A stretch of 64,000 bases of DNA from Elusimicrobiota bacterium (lineage in GTDB: Bacteria; Elusimicrobiota; Elusimicrobia; F11), in the NCBI GenBank assembly GCA_046153645.1, contig JBJXGI010000099.1, positions 1-64,000 on the forward strand, given 5' to 3'. This document shows, piece by piece, positions 1-10,414 of this stretch. The position numbers and the translations under genes were made by a program. Under the pieces are notes generated by a model, which worked only from the letters and a program-made list of their open reading frames with translations, was not told the origin of the DNA and did no database searches. Within the stretch, counting starts at the first letter, position 1, and each line of letters begins with the position of its first letter.

Positions 1-1
1 A

Positions 2-676
2 GTTGGTTTTATAGGAATTGATTTAGAACATAGCACGATCAGCTTGGAACAATCTCAAAGTATCATTGCAACTGCTCAAGCGGCTGGACTTGTTTGTTAC
101 CCGAGAGTTTCGTCCCATAATTATGAACAAATAAGAAGACTGCTTGATTCGGGTGCTGACGGTCTTATTGTTCCGATGGTAGACACTTCTGCCCAAGTGG
201 ATCAATTGATTAATTCCATTAAATATCCACCAATAGGGAAGAGAAGTTATGGCGTTGCGCGAGCACATTCTTATGGTCAGAAATTTGAAAAATACACCAA
301 AACGTGGAACGAAAGATCCGTTTTTATTGTCCAGATTGAATCCATAACCGCTGTTAAAAATATTGAGTCCATTTTGATGAATCCTTCAGTTGATGGGGTG
401 ATGGTGGGCCCTTATGACATGTCAGGGTCACTGGGCATCCCGGGACAATTGGATCATCCTGAAGTCACAAAGGCTTGTGCTCAAGTTATAGACGCATGTA
501 AAAAGCATAATAAGTCGTGTGGCACTCAAATTGTTGATCCTGATTCTGAAAATACGAGTAAAGCCTTAAAACAAGGATATACTTTTGTTGTGTTAGCTTC
601 TGATGTTTTTATTTTATGGAAATGGGCGGAAAAAATTCAAGGATTGGTACGCCCTCATCTGAGTTCATCTCATTAA
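2..676 (+). CDS. HpcH/HpaI class II aldolase family protein (5' end outside window)
   Basis: Frame is open from base 2 (VGFIGIDLEHS...). LDxGAxGxIVPMV, QIES and GPYDMS motifs of the HpcH/GarL family. Confidence 0.9.
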   Translation, partial: VGFIGIDLEHSTISLEQSQSIIATAQAAGLVCYPRVSSHNYEQIRRLLDSGADGLIVPMVDTSAQVDQLINSIKYPPIGKRSYGVARAHSYGQKFEKYTKTWNERSVFIVQIESITAVKNIESILMNPSVDGVMVGPYDMSGSLGIPGQLDHPEVTKACAQVIDACKKHNKSCGTQIVDPDSENTSKALKQGYTFVVLASDVFILWKWAEKIQGLVRPHLSSSH

Positions 677-1356
677 TGGCTGCTATTGAATCTGCTCTTC
701 AAAAATCTGAAGTATTTATTTTGGATTTTGATGGAACCTTGGTTGATTCAAACTCAATTAAACTCAATGCTTTTAATGGATGTTTTCTGGAATTTTTGCA
801 GGATTTTCCCGGGATAATTGATTATTGTCATTCCAACCACCACACGCCTCGATGGATCAAGTTTAAGCATGTTTATGAAAACATATTGAAGAGACCTTAC
901 AACGCAGCTATTGAACAATCATTAATGGCACGATATGAGGCTTTGACAACCAAAAACATTATCAAAGCCCCCATGATTCTTTCTGCAGATAAGTTTTTGA
1001 AATGGTCAAAGAAAAATAAAAGAGTTTTTTTGGTTTCTAGTACTCCAACCGATATTCTTATCCAAATTTTGAAAGGCCGCAATATGTTTGAGTCTTTTGA
1101 AAAGGTTCAAGGGGCTCCCGTTAAAAAGTCTGAATACATTCTTTCGCTTTCAAAAGAACTTAAAACTTCTGTCAGTAAATTCCTTTTCTGGGGAGATACT
1201 CTTGAGGACCTTAATTCCGCGAAAGAATCAAATTGTCCTTTTGTGGGTGTTGTAAATGAAGATTTGAAAAATGAGGCAAAATGGTGGGTCCCAGACTTCT
1301 CTTTTATTTCTAAAATACCTCAACGTCAAATACTTAAAACGGGGTCCCATGTCTAA
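676..1356 (+). CDS. HAD-family hydrolase/phosphatase
   Basis: DFDGTLVDS motif I and GDTLED motif IV. ATG at 676 overlaps the upstream TAA. Confidence 0.85.
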   Translation: MAAIESALQKSEVFILDFDGTLVDSNSIKLNAFNGCFLEFLQDFPGIIDYCHSNHHTPRWIKFKHVYENILKRPYNAAIEQSLMARYEALTTKNIIKAPMILSADKFLKWSKKNKRVFLVSSTPTDILIQILKGRNMFESFEKVQGAPVKKSEYILSLSKELKTSVSKFLFWGDTLEDLNSAKESNCPFVGVVNEDLKNEAKWWVPDFSFISKIPQRQILKTGSHV

Positions 1357-2113
1357 GAACATTTCGTTGGATGAACGCTTTAATCTAAAAGGAAAAGTGG
1401 CCGTTGTTGTTGGCGGGGCTGGGTTTTTATGTTCTGAAATAGCCAAGGCTATGATTGAAAGCGGTATGCAAGTGGCAATTGTGGATGTGAAAGAAAGTTC
1501 TCTCGATCATAACTTTTATCCTCATCGCACTTATGTTTGTGACGTCACTAAAAAAGAAGAAATTAAAAAAGTTCATGCGGTTATTCTAAAAGATTTTGGG
1601 CGAATAGATGTCCTTCTCAATGGTGCCGGAGTTAACGCACCAACACCTTTTATGGAGATAACTGGAGAAGAGATCCATCGTATTTTTGATTCTCATGTCA
1701 CAGCCACTATTTTTTCCTCACAAGTTTTTGGTGAAACATTCTTAAATCAGAAATCTGGCAGCATTATTAATTTCGCTTCAGCTTCTTCTGGGCCTCCCTT
1801 ATCTAAAGCTTTTGTTTATTCAATAGCGAAATCAGGAATTTCAAGCATTACTCAAAACTTAGCTAGAGAATGGGCCACAAAGGGGGTTCGCGTTAATGCG
1901 ATTCGTCCCGGTTTTTTCCCGACTGAATGGAGCATGAAAAATTTTATCGATGAAGATCGAAAAAATAAAATTTTAGGGCATACACCAATGGGGCGCTTTG
2001 GTAAGCCCGAAGAATTGGTGGGGGCCATTTTATGGCTGTCTTCTGATGCGGCCAGTTTTGTCACGGGTTCCATTGTTTGTGTGGATGGCGGTTTTACCGC
2101 GATGACAATATGA
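1349..2113 (+). CDS. SDR oxidoreductase (gluconate 5-dehydrogenase-like)
   Basis: VGGAGFLC Rossmann loop, YSIAK catalytic motif, RVNAIRPG, VDGG. Confidence 0.85.
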   Translation: MSKNISLDERFNLKGKVAVVVGGAGFLCSEIAKAMIESGMQVAIVDVKESSLDHNFYPHRTYVCDVTKKEEIKKVHAVILKDFGRIDVLLNGAGVNAPTPFMEITGEEIHRIFDSHVTATIFSSQVFGETFLNQKSGSIINFASASSGPPLSKAFVYSIAKSGISSITQNLAREWATKGVRVNAIRPGFFPTEWSMKNFIDEDRKNKILGHTPMGRFGKPEELVGAILWLSSDAASFVTGSIVCVDGGFTAMTI

Positions 2114-2853
2114 ACAGAACGATTGTTGTTACAGGAGGGGCCAGTGGCATTGGACGGGCCATCACGGATCTTTTTCACGATTATGGCGATCACATTTGGA
2201 TTTGTTCTCGCTCAAAACCAAAAAATATTAAATCTGAAAAAATTCATCATGTCTCAATGGATGTTAGAAACCAAAGATCAGTTCAACAATTAGGTCAATT
2301 GGCTGCCCAAAAAAGTAAAAAAATTGATGTGTGGATCAATGCCGCTGGCGTGTCTGAATGGAAACCACTGGCTAGCGTAACTGAAAAATTTTTTGATGAT
2401 ATTTATGAAACAAATGTGAAAGGAACGTTTTGGGGTTGCCAAACGTCAGCTGCTTACATGAAAAATGGTGGGGCCATTGTTAATATTTCTAGCTTGGCTG
2501 GCAAAAGAGGCAGTGCCAACAATAGTGTTTATTGCGCATCAAAATTTTCTGTTAATGGGATTACTCAGGCGCTTGCAAAGGAGTTAGGGCCAAAACAAAT
2601 CAGGGTGAATGCTGTTTGTCCTGTGTATGTGGAAACACAATACATTCTCAATTCCTTAAAAGATAAAAATGCGCCCTCACAAGGAAAATCCGTGGTTTCT
2701 TACCTGAAAAATTTTGCCAATACTCAAACTGCCTTAGGAAGACTTCCAACTGCCGCTGAAATTGCCGAGGTTGTATTTTTCTTAGCCAGTTCTTCGGCTT
2801 CCGCGATGACGGGGCAGTGTATTAATGTTGATTGTGGGACTCTTCCTCAATGA
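2110..2853 (+). CDS. SDR oxidoreductase
   Basis: TGGASGIG, NAAG, YCASK, RVNAVCP. ATGA overlap with the upstream gene. Confidence 0.85.
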   Translation: MNRTIVVTGGASGIGRAITDLFHDYGDHIWICSRSKPKNIKSEKIHHVSMDVRNQRSVQQLGQLAAQKSKKIDVWINAAGVSEWKPLASVTEKFFDDIYETNVKGTFWGCQTSAAYMKNGGAIVNISSLAGKRGSANNSVYCASKFSVNGITQALAKELGPKQIRVNAVCPVYVETQYILNSLKDKNAPSQGKSVVSYLKNFANTQTALGRLPTAAEIAEVVFFLASSSASAMTGQCINVDCGTLPQ

Positions 2854-3614
2854 CAAAAATTGCCGCCATTATTCCTGCCCGAATGGCATCAACTCGTTTT
2901 CCTGGCAAACCCCTATTAAAATTTCAGGGGCTTCCTATGGTTGAACATGTGAGGCGGCGAACAATTTTAAGCGGTGTTTTTTCAGATGTTGTCGTTGCCA
3001 CTTGTGATAAAGAGATACAAGAAGAAATTGAGTCTTTTGGCGGGAAAGTTATTATGACGTCTATTCATCATCCGGGTGCGACTGATCGGGTGATCGAAGC
3101 TATGGGCCATTTGGACTGTTCTCATATTGTTAATGTTCAGGGAGATGAAATTCTTATATTACCTGAAGATTTGGTCACGATGGTTAATGCGATCAAGAAA
3201 AATCCAATTGGTGCAGCGTGGAATGCGATTGCCCCCATTATGGAATCCAAAGATTTGACTGATACGTCTATTGTTAAATGTATTGTCTCTAATTCAAATA
3301 AAGTGTTGTTTTGTTCAAGGCAGTTTCCTCATTTGAAACCAGAAAATGTCAGAATCATTCTGGGAATTTTAGGTTATGAAAAAAAATTCCTTTTAAATTT
3401 TGGGAAGTTAACTAGAACGCCTGCGGAGAGTTTTGAGTCCATTGATCAAAATAGAATTATTGAGCACGACTTTTTACTTCAAGGAATTCCTTTCTTTAAA
3501 GGGTATCCTGGTATTAACGAGCCAAGAGAAGTCTCCTTGGTTGAAACTTATATGAAAAATGATGAAAAACAAAAAATAATTTTATCTTCAATAATTGAAA
3601 GGTGGAAAAATTGA
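2850..3614 (+). CDS. KdsB-like (CMP-Kdo synthetase family) cytidylyltransferase
   Basis: IIPARMASTRFPGKPL, GATDR, NVQGDE motifs. C-terminal half is divergent. Confidence 0.8.
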   Translation: MTKIAAIIPARMASTRFPGKPLLKFQGLPMVEHVRRRTILSGVFSDVVVATCDKEIQEEIESFGGKVIMTSIHHPGATDRVIEAMGHLDCSHIVNVQGDEILILPEDLVTMVNAIKKNPIGAAWNAIAPIMESKDLTDTSIVKCIVSNSNKVLFCSRQFPHLKPENVRIILGILGYEKKFLLNFGKLTRTPAESFESIDQNRIIEHDFLLQGIPFFKGYPGINEPREVSLVETYMKNDEKQKIILSSIIERWKN

Positions 3615-3616
3615 GT

Positions 3617-4543
3617 ATGCAAAAGAAAGTTGTTTATGTCGCGCTCCAACAATTTTGTGAGAATGATTCTAAGCCGCTTGAAATTTTAGAGAAGTCCGGA
3701 CTGGAAATTAAAATTAATAAGTTGGGTCGACGACTGGTAAAAGAAGAAATGCCCACTGTTTTAAAAGGTGTTGATGGCGTTTTAGCGGGTGTTGAACCCT
3801 ATGAAGATTCTTTATTTGCCCAATGTCCTACTTTAAAGTGTATTAGTCGCTGTGGTATTGGAACGGATGCTGTCGATTTAACTGCTGCCAAAAAGAGGAA
3901 CGTCACGGTCATTGCAACGGCGGATGAAGTGACTCAGCCTGTTGCTGAGATTACGGTAGGAATGATTCTTGCCCTCATTCGCCATTTTCCTGAACATATT
4001 CATGAATTTAAGGCAAATCAATGGCGAAAACATTCTGGTTTTCTCATAGGTGAGTTAACGATTGGATTGATTGGTTTTGGTCGAATTGGCAGAGCCGTTC
4101 AACATTTACTCCATGTTTTTGGAGCTAAAATTTTAGTCTGTGATCCCTTTTTGAATAAGGATCAAATACCTAAAGGTGTTGAGTTGGTTGATTTTCATAC
4201 GCTCTTAAAAAGATCAGATGTTGTTTCTCTTCATCCTGCCCGTCGCCCTGAAGATGGTTATTTGATCACAGCTAAAGAACTTGCCATGATGAAAGAAGGG
4301 GCTTACTTAATTAACACCTCTCGTGGTTATCTCATCGATGAAAAGGCGCTTTATCAATCGCTTAAACAGGAACATCTGGCTGGAGCCGGATTAGATGTTT
4401 TTGAATCTGAACCTTATAAAGGGGCGCTCACAGAATTTTCTAATGTGTTATGCACGCCACATGTCGCGACCTTGACTCGAGCAAGTCGTGCGGCAATGGA
4501 AATAAAAGCAGCTGAAAATTTAGTTACATTTTTTAAAAAATAG
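3617..4543 (+). CDS. D-isomer-specific 2-hydroxyacid dehydrogenase (SerA-like)
   Basis: GLIGFGRIG, INTSRG, LDVFESEP, TPHVA. Alternative GTG start at 3602. Confidence 0.85.
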   Translation: MQKKVVYVALQQFCENDSKPLEILEKSGLEIKINKLGRRLVKEEMPTVLKGVDGVLAGVEPYEDSLFAQCPTLKCISRCGIGTDAVDLTAAKKRNVTVIATADEVTQPVAEITVGMILALIRHFPEHIHEFKANQWRKHSGFLIGELTIGLIGFGRIGRAVQHLLHVFGAKILVCDPFLNKDQIPKGVELVDFHTLLKRSDVVSLHPARRPEDGYLITAKELAMMKEGAYLINTSRGYLIDEKALYQSLKQEHLAGAGLDVFESEPYKGALTEFSNVLCTPHVATLTRASRAAMEIKAAENLVTFFKK

Positions 4544-4557
4544 AGGAAGATTTAAAT

Positions 4558-5361
4558 ATGGAATCATCACTTCTTGATGTATCACAAGTTCCCGTGGTTA
4601 TTCTTTGTGGTGGCCAAGGTTCTCGAATGCGAGAAGATGGCGAAATAAGACCTAAACCCATGATGGAAATAGGCGAAAAACCTATTCTCTGGCATATCAT
4701 GAAATACTATTCATGTTTTGGTTTTAGACGGTTTATTCTCCCGTTGGGTTATCGTGGCGATTTCATAAAAAATTATTTTGTTAATTTTAAAAATACCTCC
4801 GGTAATTTTACCCTTTCACTAAATCCTAAAGTTGCCACTCAAAATCATTCAATCGCTCAAGAAAAGGATTGGGAAATTACTTTTGTTGAAACAGGATTGC
4901 ATACATTGAAAGGTGCTCGAATAAAAAAAATTGAACCGTTCATTAAAAATGACACTTTTCATGTGACTTATGGAGATGGCGTTTCCAATGTTGATTTAAA
5001 AAAATTGCATCAATTTCACTTAAATCATGGAAAAACCGGGACCGTTACCGTGGTTCGCCCACCTTCTCGATTTGGGGAAATGAAAATTAAAAATGGGAAA
5101 GTTTTGAGTTTTGAAGAAAAGCCCCAGTTAAGTTCAGGTAATATTAATGGTGGTTATTTTGTTTTCAATAAAGACTTTTTGAAATCCCTTTCAGCTGATC
5201 CTAAGTGCGATTTAGAGTTTGGAGCGCTTCAGAAAATTGCTAAGAAAAATGAATTGCATGCGTACGATCATTCTGGTTTTTGGCAATGTATGGATACGCC
5301 TCGTGAAAGAGATTTCTTGAATAAAGTATGGGAAAAAGGGGCCCCTTGGAAACTATGGTAA
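4558..5361 (+). CDS. rfbF: Glucose-1-phosphate cytidylyltransferase
   Basis: [42 protein letters not shown]. Confidence 0.9.
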   Translation: MESSLLDVSQVPVVILCGGQGSRMREDGEIRPKPMMEIGEKPILWHIMKYYSCFGFRRFILPLGYRGDFIKNYFVNFKNTSGNFTLSLNPKVATQNHSIAQEKDWEITFVETGLHTLKGARIKKIEPFIKNDTFHVTYGDGVSNVDLKKLHQFHLNHGKTGTVTVVRPPSRFGEMKIKNGKVLSFEEKPQLSSGNINGGYFVFNKDFLKSLSADPKCDLEFGALQKIAKKNELHAYDHSGFWQCMDTPRERDFLNKVWEKGAPWKLW

Positions 5362-6332
5362 ATTCAGCTTATTGGAAAAATAAAAGAGTTTTTGTGACTG
5401 GTGCCACGGGGCTTTTGGGGGCTTGGCTAACGAAAAGATTGGTGGATGAAGGAGCGCAGGTAACAGTGCTGGTTCGAGATTGGGTTCCTAAATCGCACCT
5501 GGTTTTAGAAAGTACTATTGAAAATGTGAATGTTGTTAGAGGGGAAATTGAAGATCTTTCTCTTCTTGAAAGAATTGTTCATGAGTATGAGACTGAAACT
5601 GTCTTTCATTTGGCCGCTCAAACTATTGTTGGTACAGCCAATCGGAGTCCCATTGGAACATTTGAAACCAATATCAAAGGGACTTGGAATGTTTTGGAAG
5701 CGTGTCGGACTTCTTCTTTAATAAAAAAAATAATCGTGGCCTCTAGTGATAAAGCTTATGGGGATCAAGATATTCTTCCTTATACAGAGAAAACCCCGCT
5801 TGAAGGAAAGCATCCCTATGACGTTTCTAAATCTTGTGCCGATCTCATTTGTACTTCTTATTATCATTCTTTTCAAACTCCGGTTTCTATAACAAGGTGT
5901 GGAAATTTTTATGGGGGAGGGGATATTAATTTCAATCGAATTGTTCCAGGAACAATATTCTCTATACTAAACAACGAAAACCCTATTGTCAGAAGTAATG
6001 GGAAATTTATTCGTGATTACATTTATGTTGAAGACGGTGTTGATGCTTATTTGCATTTAGCTCAGGCAATGGACAATAAACGTTTTCATGGTCAAGCTTT
6101 CAATTTTAGTTATGAAAAACCCATGAGCGTCATTCAAATGGTAAATGCTATTTCTCGGAAAATGAATTCCAAATTAAAACCAAAAATTTTGAATCAGGCT
6201 TCAAATGAGATTATTGATCAACATTTGTCTTCTAAAAAAGCGAAAACATTACTCCATTGGAAACCGTTGTTTAATCTTGAAAAAGGATTAGAAAAGACCA
6301 TTGATTGGTATTTAAATCATTTCGCACTCTAG
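5355..6332 (+). CDS. rfbG: CDP-glucose 4,6-dehydratase-like extended SDR
   Basis: [41 protein letters not shown]. Directly follows rfbF. Confidence 0.7.
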   Translation: MVNSAYWKNKRVFVTGATGLLGAWLTKRLVDEGAQVTVLVRDWVPKSHLVLESTIENVNVVRGEIEDLSLLERIVHEYETETVFHLAAQTIVGTANRSPIGTFETNIKGTWNVLEACRTSSLIKKIIVASSDKAYGDQDILPYTEKTPLEGKHPYDVSKSCADLICTSYYHSFQTPVSITRCGNFYGGGDINFNRIVPGTIFSILNNENPIVRSNGKFIRDYIYVEDGVDAYLHLAQAMDNKRFHGQAFNFSYEKPMSVIQMVNAISRKMNSKLKPKILNQASNEIIDQHLSSKKAKTLLHWKPLFNLEKGLEKTIDWYLNHFAL

Positions 6333-6341
6333 AGGTTTAAA

Positions 6342-6830
6342 ATGAAAAATAAAACGAAGCAGAAATCTTTTAAAAAAGGGGTTATTGATGGAGTTATTTT
6401 GACTCCCCTAAAACAAATTTGCGATGAACGAGGGAAAATAATGCATATGTTGAGAAATGATTCCCCCTCTTTTGAATCATTTGGGGAAATTTACTTTTCT
6501 GTTGTAAACCCTGGTGCCATTAAGGCTTGGCACATTCATAAAAAAATGACTCTCAACTACGCGGTCGTTTCCGGAATGATAAAACTTGTTCTTTTTGATG
6601 ATCGAAAAAATTCAAAAACAAACGGAACTTTGATGGAGATTTTTTTAGGACCTGAAAATTATCAACTGGTTACCATTCCTCCCTTTGTTTGGAATGGTTT
6701 TAAGGGGGTTTCAGTTAATCCCTCTATCGTAGCCAATTGTTCGACTATTCCCCATGATCCAGAAGAAATTTCAAGATTGGACCCATTCGAAAATCATATC
6801 CCCTATGATTGGTCCATAAAGCATGGCTAA
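6342..6830 (+). CDS. NDP-4-keto-6-deoxysugar epimerase (RmlC-like cupin)
   Basis: DERG, KAWHIH, IPPFVWNGF motifs. Confidence 0.8.
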   Translation: MKNKTKQKSFKKGVIDGVILTPLKQICDERGKIMHMLRNDSPSFESFGEIYFSVVNPGAIKAWHIHKKMTLNYAVVSGMIKLVLFDDRKNSKTNGTLMEIFLGPENYQLVTIPPFVWNGFKGVSVNPSIVANCSTIPHDPEEISRLDPFENHIPYDWSIKHG

Positions 6831-7731
6831 TATCCTTGTTACTGGTGGGACGGGGTTCATTGGATCTCATTTAGTTCAGAAGTTGTTGGATATGGGCAAT
6901 GACGTTGTTGTTGTCTCCCACGGGACACGCAAACTTCCTTCGTCGTCTCGTTTGGAAGTTCTCACTTTTGATCTTCGAAATCAAGATGATTGTGTTAAGA
7001 ATTTGAGAGGATTTAAATTCCATAAAATTTTTAACTTGTCTGGTTATATTGACCATACTCCTTTTTTAAAGGGGGGTGACCAAGTTCTTTCGCAACATTT
7101 CCAGGCGGTTCAAAATATCGTCAAGAGTTGTGATCGATCCGAGTTAAAATCATTTGTTCAAATTGGGAGTAGTGATGAATATGGTAATGCCATAGCGCCT
7201 CAAAAAGAGTTGGACCGGGAGTTGCCCATAAGCCCTTATTCAGTGGGAAAGGTGGCCGCTTCTCATTTTCTCCAAATGCTTCATCGCACCGAAGCCTACC
7301 CTGCCGTTGTTGTTCGCCTTTTTTTGGTTTATGGTCCTGGGCAGGATCAAAAAAGATTTTTACCTCAAATCATTAAAGGTTGTCTGGCCAATAGCTCCTT
7401 CCCTTCATCAGAAGGAAAACAATTGAGGGATTTTTGTTATATCGATGATATCGTTAATGGATTAATTACTTCTTCTGATACAGAGGCCGCGAAAGGTGAG
7501 ATTTTAAATTTGGCATCAGGAATTGCCATTAGTATTCGAGAAGTAGTAGAAAACGTCATGAGACAAACTCATGGAGGGAACCCGCAGTGGGGGAAAATTC
7601 CCTATCGATCTGGTGAAAATATGGGTTTATACGCTGATATTTCAAAAGTAAAAAGAATTTTAAATTGGGTTCCCAGTATTTCTTTAGATGAAGGTATCAA
7701 AAAGACAATTGAGTTTTACCGAGTGTCATAG
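6823..7731 (+). CDS. NAD-dependent epimerase/reductase (extended SDR)
   Basis: TGGTGFIG, GSSDEYG, PYSVGK, RDFCYIDD. Confidence 0.85.
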   Translation: MANILVTGGTGFIGSHLVQKLLDMGNDVVVVSHGTRKLPSSSRLEVLTFDLRNQDDCVKNLRGFKFHKIFNLSGYIDHTPFLKGGDQVLSQHFQAVQNIVKSCDRSELKSFVQIGSSDEYGNAIAPQKELDRELPISPYSVGKVAASHFLQMLHRTEAYPAVVVRLFLVYGPGQDQKRFLPQIIKGCLANSSFPSSEGKQLRDFCYIDDIVNGLITSSDTEAAKGEILNLASGIAISIREVVENVMRQTHGGNPQWGKIPYRSGENMGLYADISKVKRILNWVPSISLDEGIKKTIEFYRVS

Positions 7732-7734
7732 AAA

Positions 7735-8754
7735 ATGCCCCAAATAAGTGTCGTCATGACAGTTTATAACGGAATGCCGTTTTTAAAGGAATCCGTTCAA
7801 AGTATTCTCAAGCAAACCTTCCAAGATTTTGAATTTATCATTGTTGATAACTTAAGCACAGATGGTTCTGTTGAATATCTTGAATCAATCCAAGATAAAC
7901 GAGTTCGCCTCTTTAAAAATAAAGAAAATATGGGACAGACCAAGGCGCTCAATTTCGGAATATTACAAGCAACAGCCCCTTATGTAGCAAGAATGGACGC
8001 AGATGATATTTCCCTTCCTTATCGGTTCGAAAAGCAAATTCAATGTATGGAGACTGCGCCGGAAGTAGGGGTTCTTGGCGGCTGGCATGAAGAAATTGAT
8101 GAAAATGGTCGTCATTTAAAAACGGTGCGATTCCCGACGGATTCTCATTATTTAAGAGCTTGTGCTTTGAGCGATGGAAATTTGACTCCTTACATTCTTT
8201 CTCATCCTACTGTTATTATGCGCAAAGATGTCCTTTTAAAAACAGGACTTTATAATGAGCATATCCAAGTCTCTCAGGATTTTGATCTGTGGTTTCGGTT
8301 CTTACGAATTTCACAGATTAAGAATCTTTCTTTAGTTGTTTTAAAATATAGGAAAAATTCAAATTCTGTTTCCCATCGAAAATCTGATTTGATGAAGGAT
8401 GAAGTGTCTACGACGGTACGGAAAAATATTCTTATGTTAATGCCCCATTTTTCCGATCAAGATATTGCGTTATCCCTGAAATTCGTTCAGAATAGAAGTC
8501 TAACATCAAAAGATTTTCTCAAAGCCAATGATTTGCTGAAGAAAATAATTAGTGACCATTTTTTGGGGTTTTCTGATGAAAGGATAAAAAATAAAATGTT
8601 TCAAAAAGTAAAATTTCTGTATATCCCAAGATTATTAGTATCACACCCCATAACAGCATTATTAGAATTTGTAAAATCCATTTTTCTTTATCCCCAATTT
8701 ATCTTTTGTCTTAAGTTCTATAAAAATATTGCGAAGGTCTGTTTAGGGCGATGA
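7735..8754 (+). CDS. GT2 glycosyltransferase
   Basis: SVVMTVYN, VDNLSTD, RMDADD, QDFDLW. Confidence 0.9.
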   Translation: MPQISVVMTVYNGMPFLKESVQSILKQTFQDFEFIIVDNLSTDGSVEYLESIQDKRVRLFKNKENMGQTKALNFGILQATAPYVARMDADDISLPYRFEKQIQCMETAPEVGVLGGWHEEIDENGRHLKTVRFPTDSHYLRACALSDGNLTPYILSHPTVIMRKDVLLKTGLYNEHIQVSQDFDLWFRFLRISQIKNLSLVVLKYRKNSNSVSHRKSDLMKDEVSTTVRKNILMLMPHFSDQDIALSLKFVQNRSLTSKDFLKANDLLKKIISDHFLGFSDERIKNKMFQKVKFLYIPRLLVSHPITALLEFVKSIFLYPQFIFCLKFYKNIAKVCLGR

Positions 8755-10412
8755 AAAATTTAAAAATTATTTTAGGAGAGAGTATCCCTGTGATTTTAGG
8801 GTTTTTCCTTTTCTTAATGGCTAATTTTAACAAGAGTTTTTCTTATCTCAATATTAAATTGGGTTCTTTTCCTTTTTTTGTGACAGAGATCATGTTGGGA
8901 TTACTGATGATAGGGTGTTTTTTTTCTATGAAAACATCTTGTTCAGCTATTTTTAGTAATAAGTCTGACAAGATTTTTATTGGAGCGTTGAGTGTCTTCT
9001 TTTTATTTTTTTTAATTGGAATGCGACATGCTTTTGATGGAATTTCCTCTCCTGTTCAGTCCATCAAAAGAAGCGCAATTGTTTATTATTCTTTGTTTGC
9101 CATTTTCTCCTTTCTTTTCTTTAAAGGTAATGAAAAAGTTAAGGTTGTGATGTATTGGATCGTTTGGGGTGGGGCTATTGCTTCTATCAGCTATGTTATT
9201 CGAATTTCAGGCAGTATTGTCTATTTTCCTAAAAATGTTCCCATTGCCAGTGGATTTTCGATGGTTTTATCTGTGGCTTTTGGAATATATCTCTATTCTA
9301 AAAGTAAAAATTTGTGGGGAGCTTTGCTCCCATCTATTATTAGCTGTATAGGTTTATTATTTTGTGATGTTCGCTCGGTTCGCTTGGCTATTATTTTTGT
9401 CGCTATTATTTTTTCTTTTTCCTTGTTTACAAGGATATCAAAAAAAATATTAATCCCAATTGGACTGGTGGGGGCATTTATTTTTATGCTTTCGCTGATC
9501 AAAACTCCTTTTTTAAATTATGCTCGCCAAGTCAATACGGAAAAGCTTAACGCTTACCAAGAAGAACTATTCAATGCTTCTCGACCCATTTCAAATAAAA
9601 AGGTAAGTGAGATTGATCCTGTCGCTCCAACTCCATCAGTCCCAAGTAATAAACCAGTAGAGATAGGTCCTATCGTGTCGCCTCCCAGTAACCCTCTGCC
9701 CATAGATAAACCGAGTCCTCAAAGCTTAGTTGATAAAGAATTTGAATTCCTATCTCATCGAGTGCCTCTGGTTTTTTCTGAATTTCTTAGAAAGAAAATT
9801 TATTCTTTGACACAAAAACAAGAATCTTCTGGCGGTAATACTTTTTGGAGAATCACTGTTTGGCTGGAGTTGATTGAAAAAGCTATCTATGAGAATTTGT
9901 TTTTTGGGGTGGGGTTTTCCAGGCCCATTGTTATTTTGGATGTGAGTCCCTATCAATCGCTAGAATTGATTAAAAAAGCTATGGTTATATTTTCTAAAAA
10001 AAATGATTTTTCTGAAAGGTTATCAGATAAAAACAGAAATATTATTGATGATGTACAATATCCTCTTCCATTTAGTTCAGATAAAAATGATCCAATGGGG
10101 ATCGTTTCTACTTACTGGTTTGACATGGAGCCTCATAATTCTTTTGTTCATCTTTTTTACCGTTCGGGTTTAATTGGAATAATTCTCTTTTTTATCGCTT
10201 TTGGTAGTGTTTTTCTTCGTGGAGCCTTTTTGTTTTTTAGAGGAAAACATTCGGTTCTACCCTTAAACCTGTTTATGCTTTTCTTTTTAGTAATTGCCTC
10301 ATTAAATGTAACCTTGGAAAACCCATTTATCGGTGCCTTTTTTTGGATTGTGCTGGGGTTAATCAACGTACTATTCGGTTTTGAAGAAAACGAAATTAAT
10401 ATTTTTGGATAA
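8751..10412 (+). CDS. O-antigen ligase/polymerase (Wzy_C) family membrane protein
   Basis: Many TM segments, NTFWRITVW, GVGF, PHNSFVH. Pro-rich insert in the large loop. Confidence 0.75.
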   Translation: MKNLKIILGESIPVILGFFLFLMANFNKSFSYLNIKLGSFPFFVTEIMLGLLMIGCFFSMKTSCSAIFSNKSDKIFIGALSVFFLFFLIGMRHAFDGISSPVQSIKRSAIVYYSLFAIFSFLFFKGNEKVKVVMYWIVWGGAIASISYVIRISGSIVYFPKNVPIASGFSMVLSVAFGIYLYSKSKNLWGALLPSIISCIGLLFCDVRSVRLAIIFVAIIFSFSLFTRISKKILIPIGLVGAFIFMLSLIKTPFLNYARQVNTEKLNAYQEELFNASRPISNKKVSEIDPVAPTPSVPSNKPVEIGPIVSPPSNPLPIDKPSPQSLVDKEFEFLSHRVPLVFSEFLRKKIYSLTQKQESSGGNTFWRITVWLELIEKAIYENLFFGVGFSRPIVILDVSPYQSLELIKKAMVIFSKKNDFSERLSDKNRNIIDDVQYPLPFSSDKNDPMGIVSTYWFDMEPHNSFVHLFYRSGLIGIILFFIAFGSVFLRGAFLFFRGKHSVLPLNLFMLFFLVIASLNVTLENPFIGAFFWIVLGLINVLFGFEENEINIFG

Positions 10413-10414
10413 TT

